A DNA stretch of 64,000 bases, from the NCBI GenBank assembly GCA_964304625.1, contig OZ199838.1, positions 13,351,945 to 13,415,944 on the forward strand, in the 5' to 3' direction. Position numbers and translations under genes: made by a program. Each line of letters starts with the position of its first letter. Positions within the stretch are counted from its first letter, which is position 1. The DNA is from Kudoa neothunni (taxonomy: Eukaryota > Animalia > Cnidaria). Positions 28,277-41,873 of the stretch are shown here, in pieces. The notes beneath the pieces were generated by a model. The model saw only the letters and a program-made list of their open reading frames with translations, ran no database searches and was not told where the DNA came from.

Positions 28277-30850
28277 TTATGCAATCTAGATTGTTGGATT
28301 ATAGAGTTATTTGTTGTTATCCTTCTTATCTTATGAGTTCTTCATGTGAATTATTATATTTTGAATAATAAATAATGTAGTTATAACGATTTATATTTAT
28401 TCTCAAATTTTCCCGCATAATTAGTTACCTCTTTCTTGCCAAAATATTCTATTTGCGATACGAAGATAATATATTATTCAAAAATGATTAGCTACGAAGA
28501 TTTAAAAAGTTAAAATACTCAAAATAATTATTATCAGTCATTATCATCAACTTATGAGAAAAATGAAAATTAAATAATAATCCTGTTCTTGATTTTTATG
28601 TATCGTAACCACGTAATAATTCTACACAGTCTTTAAATGCATTGAACATTTATTTTGTACCTAATTTGTAAACATTGACTTAATCTACTGTATACATAAA
28701 GTTCTTAAATTGTCAGTGTGTGTATGTTTGCAGTAGTACGCATGGGCGATGGAGAAACGTTTGTAAATGCAACTTTTAGTTTGCATTTGAATAGATGATA
28801 CCATACATAAAAATCGTTCATTTACTTAGAAGTATAAATATAATCAACACCACGGGCAGAAGTAAGGAATTTATTTGTTGTCTACACCAAAAAATAAATT
28901 AAAAATACCTGCATAATATTGAAGTTTGTTTACTTCAGAGTATTAATCCACTAGAATGAACTTTTAATCGTTGTATACAACGAGAATCTGCTGATTATGG
29001 TGTAGAATGTTTTAAAAATGTCATGTATACCGTTTGGAGTAATTTTAAGACAAATAAAATTATTAACGTCATATTTACAAGTGATGTTGCATTCCCCCTA
29101 AAATCTTTGCATAACCAAATTATTTAGGATGTATTTTTACTTTCCAAGCGATAAGGATATAGTTAAGCAAAAAAGATTATGATCATTTTAAATAAAACAC
29201 ATAATTCGGGATTATAAGTTGTTGCCACGTTGGAATAATTTTGGTCCCTATACGCATTCTAAAAACGATGTAAGATGTGTGTAAAGCTAGCAAATAATTA
29301 AATTTTTGTGACAATTTCTTAAATGAAAATTACTTTTTCTCAAATATATCGATTGAGATTCAAACTATATTCGTCTTCTTAATAAGTATTTACTCATTTT
29401 TTGGTTATCCTAGACTTTCTTTCAAAACAGCTGGCATAACTAATTCGATAAGTTTCTATAATTGATGAGAAAATTTTTTAAATAATGTTTAAGTTCTTAG
29501 TAACCTAATTATTCCTTGCCCCCAGACCTTAAGATTAATATTCAAATCAATATATAATTTTCTTTTCGCCAAAACTAATTCATTATGATATAAAAGCTGA
29601 ATGAAAATATGCGACATCGCATTCTATACGTAGTTTAAGAATTTATATTCACGATTACGTTTGCACAAAATAGAGTCCCCTCTCAATAGGTGTCATGTAA
29701 GTTAATAAGAAATTATTGGTCTACTCGATCTAACCGATATTATCACAAAGTTTTCGTTAATCTAAGAATAGTTCAATACGAACAAGCTTTTTTTGGGAAA
29801 TCAAACAATACGTTATTTTAAAAAGGGTGCACTCCTTCGAGAAAACCAATTGATATTTATGCATTCCTGTAAATTTTCAAACCAAAAACGCCTTTATATT
29901 TTAGATTTGATTGTATTTGATAATTAAATTTGTATATTTTTGAACCAGTAAGTATTATTGTTAAAAAATAAAGGTTGCATTTATTAAAAAGTCGGGAAAT
30001 AACGTTAAAATAGTAAATACGTAAGTTACCGCTCCCAGCTTTTTAAAACATCATGAATATCATTTGTAAAATTGAAAAAAAGGAGAAACAATTAATATTT
30101 TTATTCCTGACGCATCTTAGGTCGATTTTATTTTTGTTATCGTTTGTAGACTAATAATAAATTTTATAACTAGAAGAATTAATTTTTATCGCAAAATTTT
30201 GAAAAGAACGAAAAGTCCTATTTAAGTTACTTAATGATTTTGTTTAATAAATAAATGAACTTTAATCGTTATTACATTTCTCATAAAATTAAGGTCATTA
30301 TATTTTTGGTCAATAATTTGGAAAATAAACTTAAAAATACTCATTAATTTCTCTCAATACTTCTGTTTGTATTTGAATGGAAAGTGCGTGCATAATTTGG
30401 TGTATCTAAATCACTACACTGAAAAAATAATGTCAAGTTATAAAACTCATAAATGAAAATGGAGAAATAAATTATAAGTTAAAATTTTCCATCACATAAT
30501 ACCTACCAGGCAAAGCTGGGCATTAGCGCTATTATAACCAATATGACATGGCCATCACTCGTCGAAACAAGGGATGACAAATCCGAGAGTTTCGTTCGTG
30601 TTGGTTCACATGAACAAAAATTCTTACAAATAAAAACGAACGAACGAAATCACAATTTAAAATTTTTTTGGCGGAACGGATCTTCGCTCTGAGGGAAACT
30701 AAATATATCGGCTGTTTAATAACGTGTTTGTTTTTAGAGACAATTAATTGGATATTAACGAACAATATTTGTATTTAATTCTAGAAATAAATTGTATTTA
30801 AATTATAGCTTATATTTATTGGGTGAATAATGATTTAATTTGACGTAATA

Positions 30851-31470
30851 GCTATGTACGCGGCTCTAAGAGAGAGATATGATTTATGATATTTCCTTTA
30901 CTATCCCTGAAGAATTTTGGTGATTGCTAAATCAAGCTTGGAGGATAATAAAGTCGTTTTCAATCTTGATCGAGGCGATTTTTTGATTATTTTATCACGG
31001 TCGTAGCATATTATTTTACCGTTTCCGCCGTATATTTTCTAACGCGGGATTAAACAAACTACATGAGAGAGTTCCCACAACAAATGACTAAGGAGGCGAA
31101 CAAACAATTTTTTTAATTGTTAAAGAGATCGATTGTGGTGTGAAATTAAAAAAAATCAATAACTACTTCATATTGCGCATAATTATTAGTTAGATTTATT
31201 AACTTTATTGTTGGAATAGACCGGCGATTCCAACAAGGTCAATGAGTTCATGCGTGAACGATCTTATTTGTGGACTTTTTCGCTATTAAAAAAACTATCT
31301 CGGAGCTTGAGTTGCTGATAGGTCTCGAAGAAATAGTTGTAACCAACTTTCTTAGATTTCGATATTTAGAATCTTCCAATAGTCTAAGGCGGGGATGGTA
31401 AGTTTGTGCTCGCTCGCAAGACTCCAAATTTGCATAAAGTACTAATGAACGAACGAAATTGCCATCCCTG
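30851..31470 (-). mobile_element. hAT transposase 3' relic, copy A (dimerisation domain)
   Basis: Direct-repeat homologue of 45724-46617. The merged copies translate YRNLRNLVTTISSRPISNSSSE.VFS..KVHKKDRSRMNSLTL, like the hAT C-terminal P.S...SERxFS...R.RL motif. Confidence 0.6.
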
Positions 31471-33405
31471 ATGTCAACTTTCCATTTTTAAAATTCTTTC
31501 ATATCCAAGAATATTTAATGCTTAAGATTCTAAAAGGAAGTAGAATAGATTGTTATTCTATATCTTAAATATTTAAAAACAATGTTTCTAAAAATGAATA
31601 CAACAGATTGAGCTTTAATATATATTTTTCTCCTGAAGTAGATATATTAGTTAACTATAAATAACGACAAAAATTGTTTATTTTATACAGGAGGTGATGG
31701 AAGGATCGTTATCTTATTGGGACCAAGAAAAAATACGAATTACACGAATTTTACGTGTAGTCCATAATTTCCAAGGTTGCACACGCAAGACTCTAAAGGA
31801 AACAGTGCTGTAAATCAACTGTAATGATAAATTAATTTTCAGATGAATATTCAGATATATTAGAATTTTTTGCGTTTCGGACATCTATATTGTGTACTTC
31901 TCTTTCAACATCCGGAACATGTTTGTAACTATTTAAATCATGATATTTCAAGTAGTATCCTCAATAAAACAAATGATAGAGAGAAAATTTTAGATGAAAT
32001 AATTTTTCATCCTTATTTTTCAAATTTATGAAAATTTTCATCTACGTTTTAGTTACCATCACTTTTAACATCATTAATATTAACGCCATTTTCAATATTA
32101 TTTTCACCCCGCGCCTTGGCTGATTTTCAAAAAACATTATTTCACATTTCTCTTTAAATCTTGACACGATTTTATTTCTGTTCCCCATTTCGCTATCAAT
32201 CGTAAACAAGAATCTCAAAGTCCTCATAAAGTTACGAACCACACGTCACTACAGAATAACCCATCAAAATCATAATTAATTAAAAAATATTTTATTTGTG
32301 TTTTCAATGGTCGAATAAATGTTATAAACCAGTTTGAGAGATAAATAACGCATTATATTCTAATGTACACATAAATTTTTTAAAATTTTCTTAAATTACG
32401 TCACCCACTGTAATACATAACAATAATTCCCGCACAACTTTTCACATAAATATCCAAATAATTTAACTATATAAATTAATATTTTTAAATACATTTTCAT
32501 TTTTTATAATGGCGCTATATCAAATTATTGAATTCATATTTTTATGTTATAATTCATTAAAATTATTTTCAATTCGGTTAAAATATATATATATAAATAA
32601 CATTTTAAAATATTTTGGATAAAATATTAAAAATATAGCGCCACGGAAATGCAAATTATACTAATTTTCATTTAAGATTTAAATGAATTTTTAAAATGAA
32701 AGGGTAAACTTTATTTTGAAGTTATTTTTTGATTTTTCGCCCATTTGGTTCAATGTTAATTTTACGTGGATTTTGTTCAGCGCGAAAAATAACTCAAAAT
32801 CTATGTTTTGAATTTTTTTTGTGCGCAACAACATTGCATAGATATACTAATATTGAATAGAAAATTCAGTATAATCTCTTTTTTTCGATGGTAACACGAA
32901 GGATTACAAAAAATAAAAAAATCAATCAATCAAAGCCAAAGCTATGAAGAATGTAAATTATCGGATCACTAAAACAAAAAATACTTTTTTAATAAAAAAT
33001 ATGATTACTGCTATTTTCACAAAAATATTTAATCAAAAATTATTGTAAGTATGCGCATTTTCATGCATTTTAACTACTCCTATTTATTATTTATAGATGA
33101 TATTTAAGGTTTATTCTTTAAAATCTACATTTAATTATGTATTAAAATTCTTTATTCATCATAAATACCACATAAAATTAAATACAATTAAAACTAACTC
33201 TAACTGATAATTAGATCCATAGCAATAACCACTTACAAAAAATAATGACACTGCTTATAAAATATAGATAATGGTCGTTTAAGGCACAATGACTCCTCAA
33301 GGATATTTTGTAATGATCTAGACATTTGAATAATAACAAAAAGAGAATAAAGGATAAGACGACTAAAAATTCAAAGTTTTGATTTTAAATAAGAATCGCG
33401 CGCAT

Positions 33406-34551
33406 ATGTCCATGTGGCGATTATTCAACAGGACGTTTGTTCCTTTGTTGGGATGGAAAACAAAAGTTTCAATTTTTACGCCCAAAATATTTGATTTCAA
33501 TAAAATCACCAAACGTTTTCTCCAAGATGAAAAAGTTTACGAAGCACCATTGAACATGTGCGATCTCAAACCATTTCCAAATTCTAGAAAAAAAGTACTG
33601 ATGCTGTTTCAGGCTGAATTCTATTGGTTTTATTTGAATAGAGAAAACGAAAAGGTCGAGGTGAAGGTTCGAGTATAGGTCGTCAATGTGGCCGTGGGAG
33701 TCGTGCTATTGCATCAAAACGATGTGACCGTTCTCCCCAATACGAGGGAGGTAGAGCACCATTTTATGCATTTTATCGATTTTTTCCTCAAGAAGAAGTG
33801 TAACGGATCTATTCATTATATTGAATGGAATAGTTGATTGTGTTATTCCGTTTAGGATTGAGGGAGAACATTTTGCTTATTTGGACGTTGGTGAACTCGT
33901 TCTACTTATCAAACAAGGCTATTTAGACCCCTCCAAACCGATCACCACTTTTGAGCTTATCAACAGACGAGTGATCAAAGATCCAAGGGATGGCGTAAAA
34001 CTATTGGGTAAAGTATATGAAACTCGACTACGATTGTGCCATTTTAACACTAACACCGCTTCCAAAACCATTTAGGGATATGATCTTTACGACTTAAAAC
34101 TCTATATTGAAACCACCAAAGCCACCAAGGGTGCTATCGAATGCATTGAAAGGCATGGTGGTACTTTTAAAGCTGTGTACGTTGATCCCGAAATTTTAAA
34201 ATGTTGGGCCAACTATAAAGGTATTCGTCATAGAATTGAATGTGCCTACGACCCCTACACAAGAATCCCCTGTAATTTATAGAATCTGTGACAATTTTAT
34301 TATAGATAACAATCCTTGTAGATAAAGTCAATCCTGATATTCGAAAGAGAATGCTTCAATTGCAACAACTTACTGGTTCGGTTTTGCCACCGAGTTTTCC
34401 CCCTTCCGATAAACTCAATTATTTCTTAAGTAGTGCTAACAATGGGTACCTATCCAAAAAGGTTATTTCAAAAATCCGCAATAGAATAGAAACTACGGTT
34501 GTTGAAAAAGAGATTCCGCGTAATACGATAAAACAGGAAATTTCTGAATAG
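33406..34551 (+). CDS. MRPL15: Mitochondrial ribosomal protein uL15m
   Basis: LKPFPNSRKKRKRKGRGEGSSIGRQCGRG, YEGGRAPFY, QGYLDPSKPIT, DGVKLL, AIECIERHGG, PPSDKLNYFLSSANNGYLS. Confidence 0.88.
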
Positions 34552-34990
34552 TTAAATTTCATTAATTCTCTTTGTATTTCAAGTGTCATGTTTGTTGTCA
34601 TTTTTATAATAGCTCGGACATTTTATACAATAAGTAGCTGGCGTTTCGTGCGTTATTGCGATGTTAAAAAATCGATTAAAATAAATCAATTCTCTATATT
34701 AAAGTCTTATTACCTCTTTAATTATATATTTATGAGAAGGTTATTATTTAAAATTAAAATTCTTCCACGTTCCCATCAAAAAAATTTAACTTTGCGTTTA
34801 TAGATTAAAAAAATACAATGTGAACAATTTGGAAACATTTATCATCTTTTAAATTAAGTAGTAAATATTATTCTATTAATTATGCTGCGTTGGAGTTGTA
34901 AAAGTGTTTTTAATCGTACTTGTTTAATGGCAACAGGCCAATATTTTCAATGAATAATGACTAGTGTTTATTCTAGTCATGATAAAAATA

Positions 34991-36539
34991 GGTAGTGGCC
35001 ATTTCTCAGGTATCTGATAATGCAGTGGCGCTCAGGCTATCTCTCAGGGAATGAATATCTCTAAAACTACTACATATATCTTATTCATATTTTACATACT
35101 ATTTAATATTTACTTAACTTAATTTTCTGTAAGTTGTAGAAAAATTTGAAGCGGAACAAATTTTTAGTAATGCAACCGTCTAAGTCCATCAATTTTTAAG
35201 TGTAATTATCATATGATTTTAAAAATTGGAATACATGAATAATTTATCATTTGTTAGATACTAACCAATATAATAATTTTGTATTAATAAAAGAAATGGA
35301 ACGTGTGATGACTTGATCATGTAGGTTAGATATCATAAAATATAACAGTTATCACATGCAGTAAATAAATCTCATATGTAATATTGAATTTTTTGGTTTA
35401 TTGATGTAATAAGTTTTTTTTATACATCATTGTATCCAAAACTATTGACAACTGAATTCCTTATATCCTTACATTTGATTCTACTTTCGATGGAATTTTG
35501 AAGTTTAAAAATAAAACAACAATAGTAATATTTTAGTGTTAACTTGAAATAGAGGCTATCCTATGCTATCTTTAGCTATATAACAATTACATAATTGTTT
35601 CCCATGAGATTCTAATTCATTATTTGTGCCAGGTCTTGTCTTTTAGATAGGTGAGATCCCTATTAAATCAACAGAAGACATCTAATTCTCACTATCAGAA
35701 ATCAAATCATAAAATATAACCTTTTTCTTTACTGTCCCACACATCCTCTATTATATTCGCCAACAAATAATCAAATTTATTGAGGAAACGAACGGTAAAA
35801 ACGTCATGATGATTCTTAGTTATTTTTCCCAGTAGACTAGTAGACCTAATAAATTTATTAAAAAGTTCCCCATGAAATTCAGAAGTTGTATTAGTTAATA
35901 CCATCGAAAAATTTGTTTTTTATTTTAACGTCTGTTCGAATATTTTTCTTTCAAACTGTTTTTTTCCCGTAGATAATGGTTGAAACATTTTATTTGTTAT
36001 TTTCTATCATAGGACCCACATTAAAAAACTCTTTACACATGACATTTTCAATCAATGAATACAAAATTTTATCGAAGAAAATGTTAATGTTTGTGATGAT
36101 CTAAATTTTAATAATTCATAATTTATTATGACAACATAAAGATTTTCGAAGGAGTTAAACCACATTCCATATATGAACATGTTATAACTCATCTTTTGCC
36201 ATTCCAACCCAAAAAACGCAATGGAAGCTAAAATAACGTATATACGAAAAATTTAATTCTTTATATAGATTGATTTGAGAAAGAATATGCTTTTTTTACG
36301 ATATATTTGAAAATATATGATAATTACACTTGAATATTGATGGACTTAAGAAGGTTGCATTACTAAAAATTTGTTCCGCTTTAAATTTTTCTATAACTTA
36401 CAGAAAATTAAGTTAAGTAAATATCACATAGTATGTAAAATATGAATAAGATATATGCAGTAGTTTTAGAGATATTAATCCCCTGAGATATAGTCTGAGT
36501 GCGACCGGATTATCAGGTACCCGAGATATAACCACTTCC
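34991..36539. mobile_element. MULE-like non-autonomous element with about 220-bp TIRs and 9-bp TSD
   Basis: About 34991-35215 is an inverted match to about 36315-36539; perfect flanking duplication ATAAAAATA (34982-34990, 36540-36548). Confidence 0.85.
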
Positions 36540-36886
36540 ATAAAAATATAGGTTCTGTGATAGATATTTGAAATTACGAGCATTAATTTTTAATGTAGAT
36601 ATTTATGTTGGGAAGAAAAGGGCGTGCATTTTATCATAAATTTTGAGATTAAAGCGATGATAAAAAATGTATTTTCTTCCATTATATTCTTTACCTTTCA
36701 AATTCACTAGCAACAACCGGACTCTTAACCTATATGAGACTTCCTTGTCGTTCTCGACAGATTAGAAATTGGATGATATTTTTTGCATGGAACTTATCAT
36801 TAAACAATTATATTTTTTAAATAGTTATAGTTATTATTACTAATATAAAGATTATTTAGTTATAAAATATTGTTAGCATTCATATA

Positions 36887-37228
36887 CAGTGAAACCTCGG
36901 ATTTCAACCTAAAATTTTGAGTCGGAAACACTTTTGAGTTCGAACGCATATATAAGGGATATTTAGAACAAATCCAGTTGCAGCAAGCAGCAGAGAAAAA
37001 AAGAAATTCTAGAAGAAGAGTCATCGAAAGAGAACACTTTTTCTATCTATGGTATGACAACCAAAAAATATTTATCTTATATTCCATTTTAATTTTTATT
37101 ATATTTAATATTTATTTGATGCGCGGTAACGAATTAAACTAATTTGCATTATTTTGCACAAGGAAAAATTATTCGGAGGTCGAGCACACTTCTAGAACGG
37201 ATTATGGTCGAAGTTCGAGGTTGCACTG
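36887..37228. mobile_element. pogo/Tigger-type MITE
   Basis: TA|cagtgaaacctcg...cgaggttgcactg|TA. Confidence 0.8.
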
Positions 37229-37888
37229 TATATTAAAGTGTCTTATAATAACAAGTTTGGCATTTCCGTTGGATATAGTTAAAGTGTTTTGTTTATCTTC
37301 AATCAAAAATGTTATTTAATTCAATTATATTTTATATTGAATTTAATTAATCATTTTTCCAAAAAACAAGGAAGTCAAAAATAAAGGCGAAAAAAGAGGC
37401 ATCATGTGGTCTACCTCAAAAGAGTCCTCAATATATTATCTAAATCCAAAAATTAAAGTTTTATGGGTTTTAAAAAGGTGCGTAAAATCGGTCGTTTACT
37501 GTAGATTTTTTTACCACTTTTGATTTATAATTTTTCTCTATGTAAAATTAAAATAAGTACGAAACGAATATTATCATAAATATAATTTAACTGGAATATT
37601 TTCTATTTATGTATCAGCACATAAATAATGACATTTTATTCGACCATTATTTGACAAAATGTAGAATAATTAGTTTATTTATATTTTTACCTATATATGG
37701 AAGCTTACTTTTATTATTTGAAACACAATATCAAACTTTATTTATACGCATGAATCAACCAAGATTAGCCCTCATTCTTTTTTTAGTTATTGAATTTGAT
37801 TTTTTATTTGAATCATACTTTTATCTTATCATTGGCAGTATTGAATTCATTTAATGTTTGGATATAGTTGGAATGATATGCTTATTAA

Positions 37889-38136
37889 CCCTTAAAGGAT
37901 AACCTTCAGTTCCATGCGCCCATCTTTATATTATTTTGTTTATAAATTTTGTTGTTATGGATGTTATATTTTGTGTATATTCGTCAGAATTTCACCTACA
38001 TTTTTAAAAAGCATTATCTACCGACCGACATAATAAAATAAGTTAATGGTTTGGCGAAATTACACAAATTATAACAGGTTTTACAACAAAATAATAGGGA
38101 GGTGGGCGCGCGAATCCAATGGTTAGCCGTTAAGGG
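37889..38136. mobile_element. piggyBac-type MITE, inverted copy of 23166-23397
   Basis: TTAA|cccttaaaggataacc...gttagccgttaaggg|TTAA. Confidence 0.85.
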
Positions 38137-38527
38137 TTAATTCTTTATCTCAACGCCTAATGAGGTAAATGGAGGGCTTATTAACATTTAGGCGTAATAT
38201 ATTCTATCGATTACCACTCAATATGCTATTCGATAGATGGAATGTCGAAAATAGATTATAAATATTTTTTTAAGAGTTTGAAACATAAATTAAAGTAAAA
38301 AAAATATGTGTGTTAATTCTCAATTGTTGCGTTGAAAACGTTGTTTAATGTTTAAATTCACACTTAAGTTAAAATAAAAATTCTGCGATTTTTTGTCACT
38401 GAGAATATTTAAGTATTTTGATGTCATTTAAATTTGCATTTTGACATTCAGTAAATATAGGGGTCTCCCGTCAAATAGAATCTACTTTATTATTATCTAT
38501 AATTTAAATCGGGATCGCTTTATTAAT

Positions 38528-39563
38528 ATGTTGCCATGGATCAGGCAAAATAGTACAGTCACCATTCATGAATGTGTCTATTAATAAACATACGTATAAA
38601 ATCAGGAGTTATCACTCGCCAATGTGTCGCCGAAGCAACAGAGGGGTAAGATTGAAAGTATTGTCACGTGGGATAAAGCATGTCTTCTAGCCCTAAGTCA
38701 GCATGGAAACGACTTTATAACAACATTAAAATGATGAGATCGAATCTTTCTGCACCTGTTGATACAATGGGTTGTCATAAATGTGCCGATCAAAATGCAC
38801 CCCCTAAAGTTTTTGAATTTAGCGGTTATCCACCAAAAATAGCTTATCGATTTAAATTTTAGGTTCAGAGATTTCAAAATTTGGTTGCTCTTTTATTGTC
38901 TAGTCAAACCAAAGACACAGTAACCTATGAGGCAATGCAACGGTTACGAAAAGTTGGGTTGGAGCCTCAGAAAATAGTGAAAACCGACAAAAAGGTCATT
39001 GAGGAATTGATCTACCCAGTAGGTTTCTATAAGGTTGGTTATTTGATATTTTTTGGTATGATATAACTGTGACTAGAAAAAGGCCGAAAATCTAGTAAAA
39101 TTGAGTCAATTACTGTTGGAGAATTACGATGGAGACATACCCAATAGTGTGGATGAACTCATGAAATTGCCAGGAATTGGTCAGAAAATGGCTTATATTT
39201 GCATGAACATTGCGTGGGGAAAAATCGCGGGAATTGGGGTCGATACTCATGTGCATCGCATAGCGCAACGCTTGAAATGGGTGCAACCTTCGAATGATCC
39301 CAATAAAACCCGGATACAACTTGAAAAATTAATACCAAAGTTATTTAACAACTTTATCTTTCAACTTTATGTATTGATTCCAATTTAGAGAATTGTGGAA
39401 TGAGTTCAATCCAATGTTAGTTGGATTTGGCCAACAAATATGTACACCTATCAACCCTAAATGCGATATATGTTTGAATAACGAAATCTGCCCCAAATAC
39501 TTTGACAAAAATACAACTGGTGGTAGAGTCAGAAAACGTAAACCTGCCAATAATTTGTTGTGA
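38528..39563 (+). CDS. NTHL1: Endonuclease III-like DNA glycosylase, paralogue A (alternative start 38680)
   Basis: [24 protein letters not shown], Hh[28 protein letters not shown], Fe-S motif C-X6-C-X2-C-X5-C. Proposed 5' introns 38553-38605 and 38646-38690 keep the frame. Confidence 0.9.
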
Positions 39564-40184
39564 ATTGTAATATTTTCTTATTGGTTTATATATGAACCGT
39601 TGTATTTTGAAAAATTTTCAACAATGTGTTGAATTTTTTTTGCTGTAGATAAATTTTCAGCGCTTTAAAAATAACTAAAAGTATTATTACCTTAATTCTC
39701 GCTTTAAGACAACACGGGGTCTACAAATTTGTAGGCTAATTTCGATACATATGCTTAAAAAAATAGATATCTTTTTCTAAAAATGTATATTATTTCAGAT
39801 ATTAACTATAAATTGCAATTAAAACATGCGTTATTTGTCAGTTCTATAGCTGGATTCCTACATGTTAGTTTCCCAGTTTAACTTAAAATAATTTAACCTC
39901 CCATTAAATTATTTCATTTTTAAATATTGATTCATATCAATATTCTATGTAATCTATGACGGTTACTGAGGACATATTTTATTACCAACTCGCAAAAATT
40001 TTCATGAATATGCACATCGCGCTTGCGCCAACGTGTGTTTATATTGTAACTGAAAATGTTTGGCCTTAAAAAAATAAAATAATATTTAATCCAATACCAT
40101 TTTACATATTTTATTAAATACGATTTTGAATAAAGAATAGAATGGCGCAACTAAGACATCATTGTTACCGCGCAATACATTGAA

Positions 40185-41103
40185 ATGGCTGCAAGCGTGG
40201 TGGAAAATAAGAGTGTTGGGAAACAAAAACTTTCCAAAAAGCAGTCACTCAAATCCAAAAATTGCGAACCTCCAAAAAATTGGAAAACAATCTATGAAAA
40301 CATAGAAAAAATGCGTCTTGATAAAAATGCTGATGTTGACTCGATAGGTCCATGCAAAACCCCAGCTAAGAATATCACTCCTCAAGTAAAAAATCAAGAT
40401 TGTCCAGAATATTTAAAGTTATATTTGAATGTATTGAAAGGTTTATCGGTATCAAACACTGATAGCTCTTATGTTATCCAGTCAAACAAAAGATCCAATC
40501 ACTTTTGCTGCGATGGATCGTTTAAAAGAGGGCGGACTGACACCTGAGAAAATAGTCTCTATGAATACCGAGTCGTTAGAGAAAATTATCTACCCAGTTG
40601 CATTCTATAAAGTAAATAAACAAATGATTATAGTCATCGAGTATTAATATGATGGCTATCAAGAGAAAAGCCGTGTTTGTCAAAAAAACTACCCAAATAC
40701 TAATCGATCAATACAATGGAGATATTCCAGGTGAATTGGATCAACTTATGTCGTTGCCTGGAGTTGGACAGAAAATGGCACACATTTGCATGTATGAAGC
40801 GTGGAATAAAGTTACTGGCATCGGTGTAGACACACATGTCCACAAGGTTGCACGTAGACTAGGATGGGTGACCGACTCAAATGATCCTGATAATACCAGA
40901 GTCCAATTGGAATCATGGATGCCTAGGTTGCCAATTTTTTTGATTGTGTTGTTATAATTTATTTTTTTAGAGAAAAATGGGGAGAAATATTTGAACTTTT
41001 CGCTGGATTTGGCCAACAGATTTGTCTTTCTGTGAATCCCCTTTGTTCTACATGTTTGAATGATAAAATATGTCCTAAAAAGTTTGTTAAAAAACACAAA
41101 TAA
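40185..41103 (+). CDS. NTHL1: Endonuclease III-like DNA glycosylase, paralogue B
   Basis: [65 protein letters not shown]; core intron positions match paralogue A. Confidence 0.9.
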
Positions 41104-41469
41104 CATGAATTTGATTTTGTTGCTTATAAATACTATTCTTTTATTGTAAATGTCAATACAAATATTGCCTTAATGTTTGAGTGTATTTACGTGCATAAAG
41201 AATTTTTGTATATAATTAATCATTGCCTTTTGTGTTTTTTATGATATTAACAGCCACTTAAAAATCAGCGGTATCGAAAATCGCGATAATGGTTTCAAAA
41301 TACGTCATACTGCCCAATTACCTCACCAATATCCATGTCATATCAATACTCAGGATTTTCTGCGTTTCACCAGAGTGGTTCATTAAACATTCAACAATTT
41401 CTATGCCCTCCTCAAAATTTTTCACGCCCCACCGGTGAGGCGTAGAACCTACGTCGGAAACAATGCTTT

Positions 41470-41567
41470 AAGATAAATATGAATTTGGCTTTCAAGTTAG
41501 GTAGATAAAATTTCGATTTTTCATCAGACTCAAGGAGTAAATTGGAAAAAACAGTTGAGAACCCCTG
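41470..41567. mobile_element. Single end of a hAT-like MITE related to 8661-9031
   Basis: atatgaatttggctttca...gttgagaacccctg matches the reverse complement of 8661-8751. Confidence 0.55.
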
Positions 41568-41873
41568 ATCTAACCGATTAATAATGATACGACCACTTTG
41601 TTGGATTTATTAAAACTTTAAAAGTTGAGAATTAAAGATAATCTTGTGTATCTAAAATGGTGTTATTTCCGGATTAATTGTGATAAATTTTTTTTAAATC
41701 AAATTTTTGGAATTAAATTATGAACAGATTTGGATTTATCAAGGTTTGGTTGGGTAAGCAAAAGTTACACGTATGAACCACGACATACAGTATTTCACGA
41801 TCAAGATGCAAACACACTTAAAAATGACGCAAAAAACTATGATAATGCTTTAAATTTACAATAAACGAACAAT

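Noticed and set aside
30505-30535. Helitron-like 3' hairpin (ccaggcaaagctgg)
   Set aside because: No CTRR terminus or matching 5' end.
32040-32900. Faint foldback symmetry (tggcgctatat / atatagcgcca); similar at 43960-44600
   Set aside because: Matches are short and in very AT-rich DNA; boundaries cannot be defined by eye.
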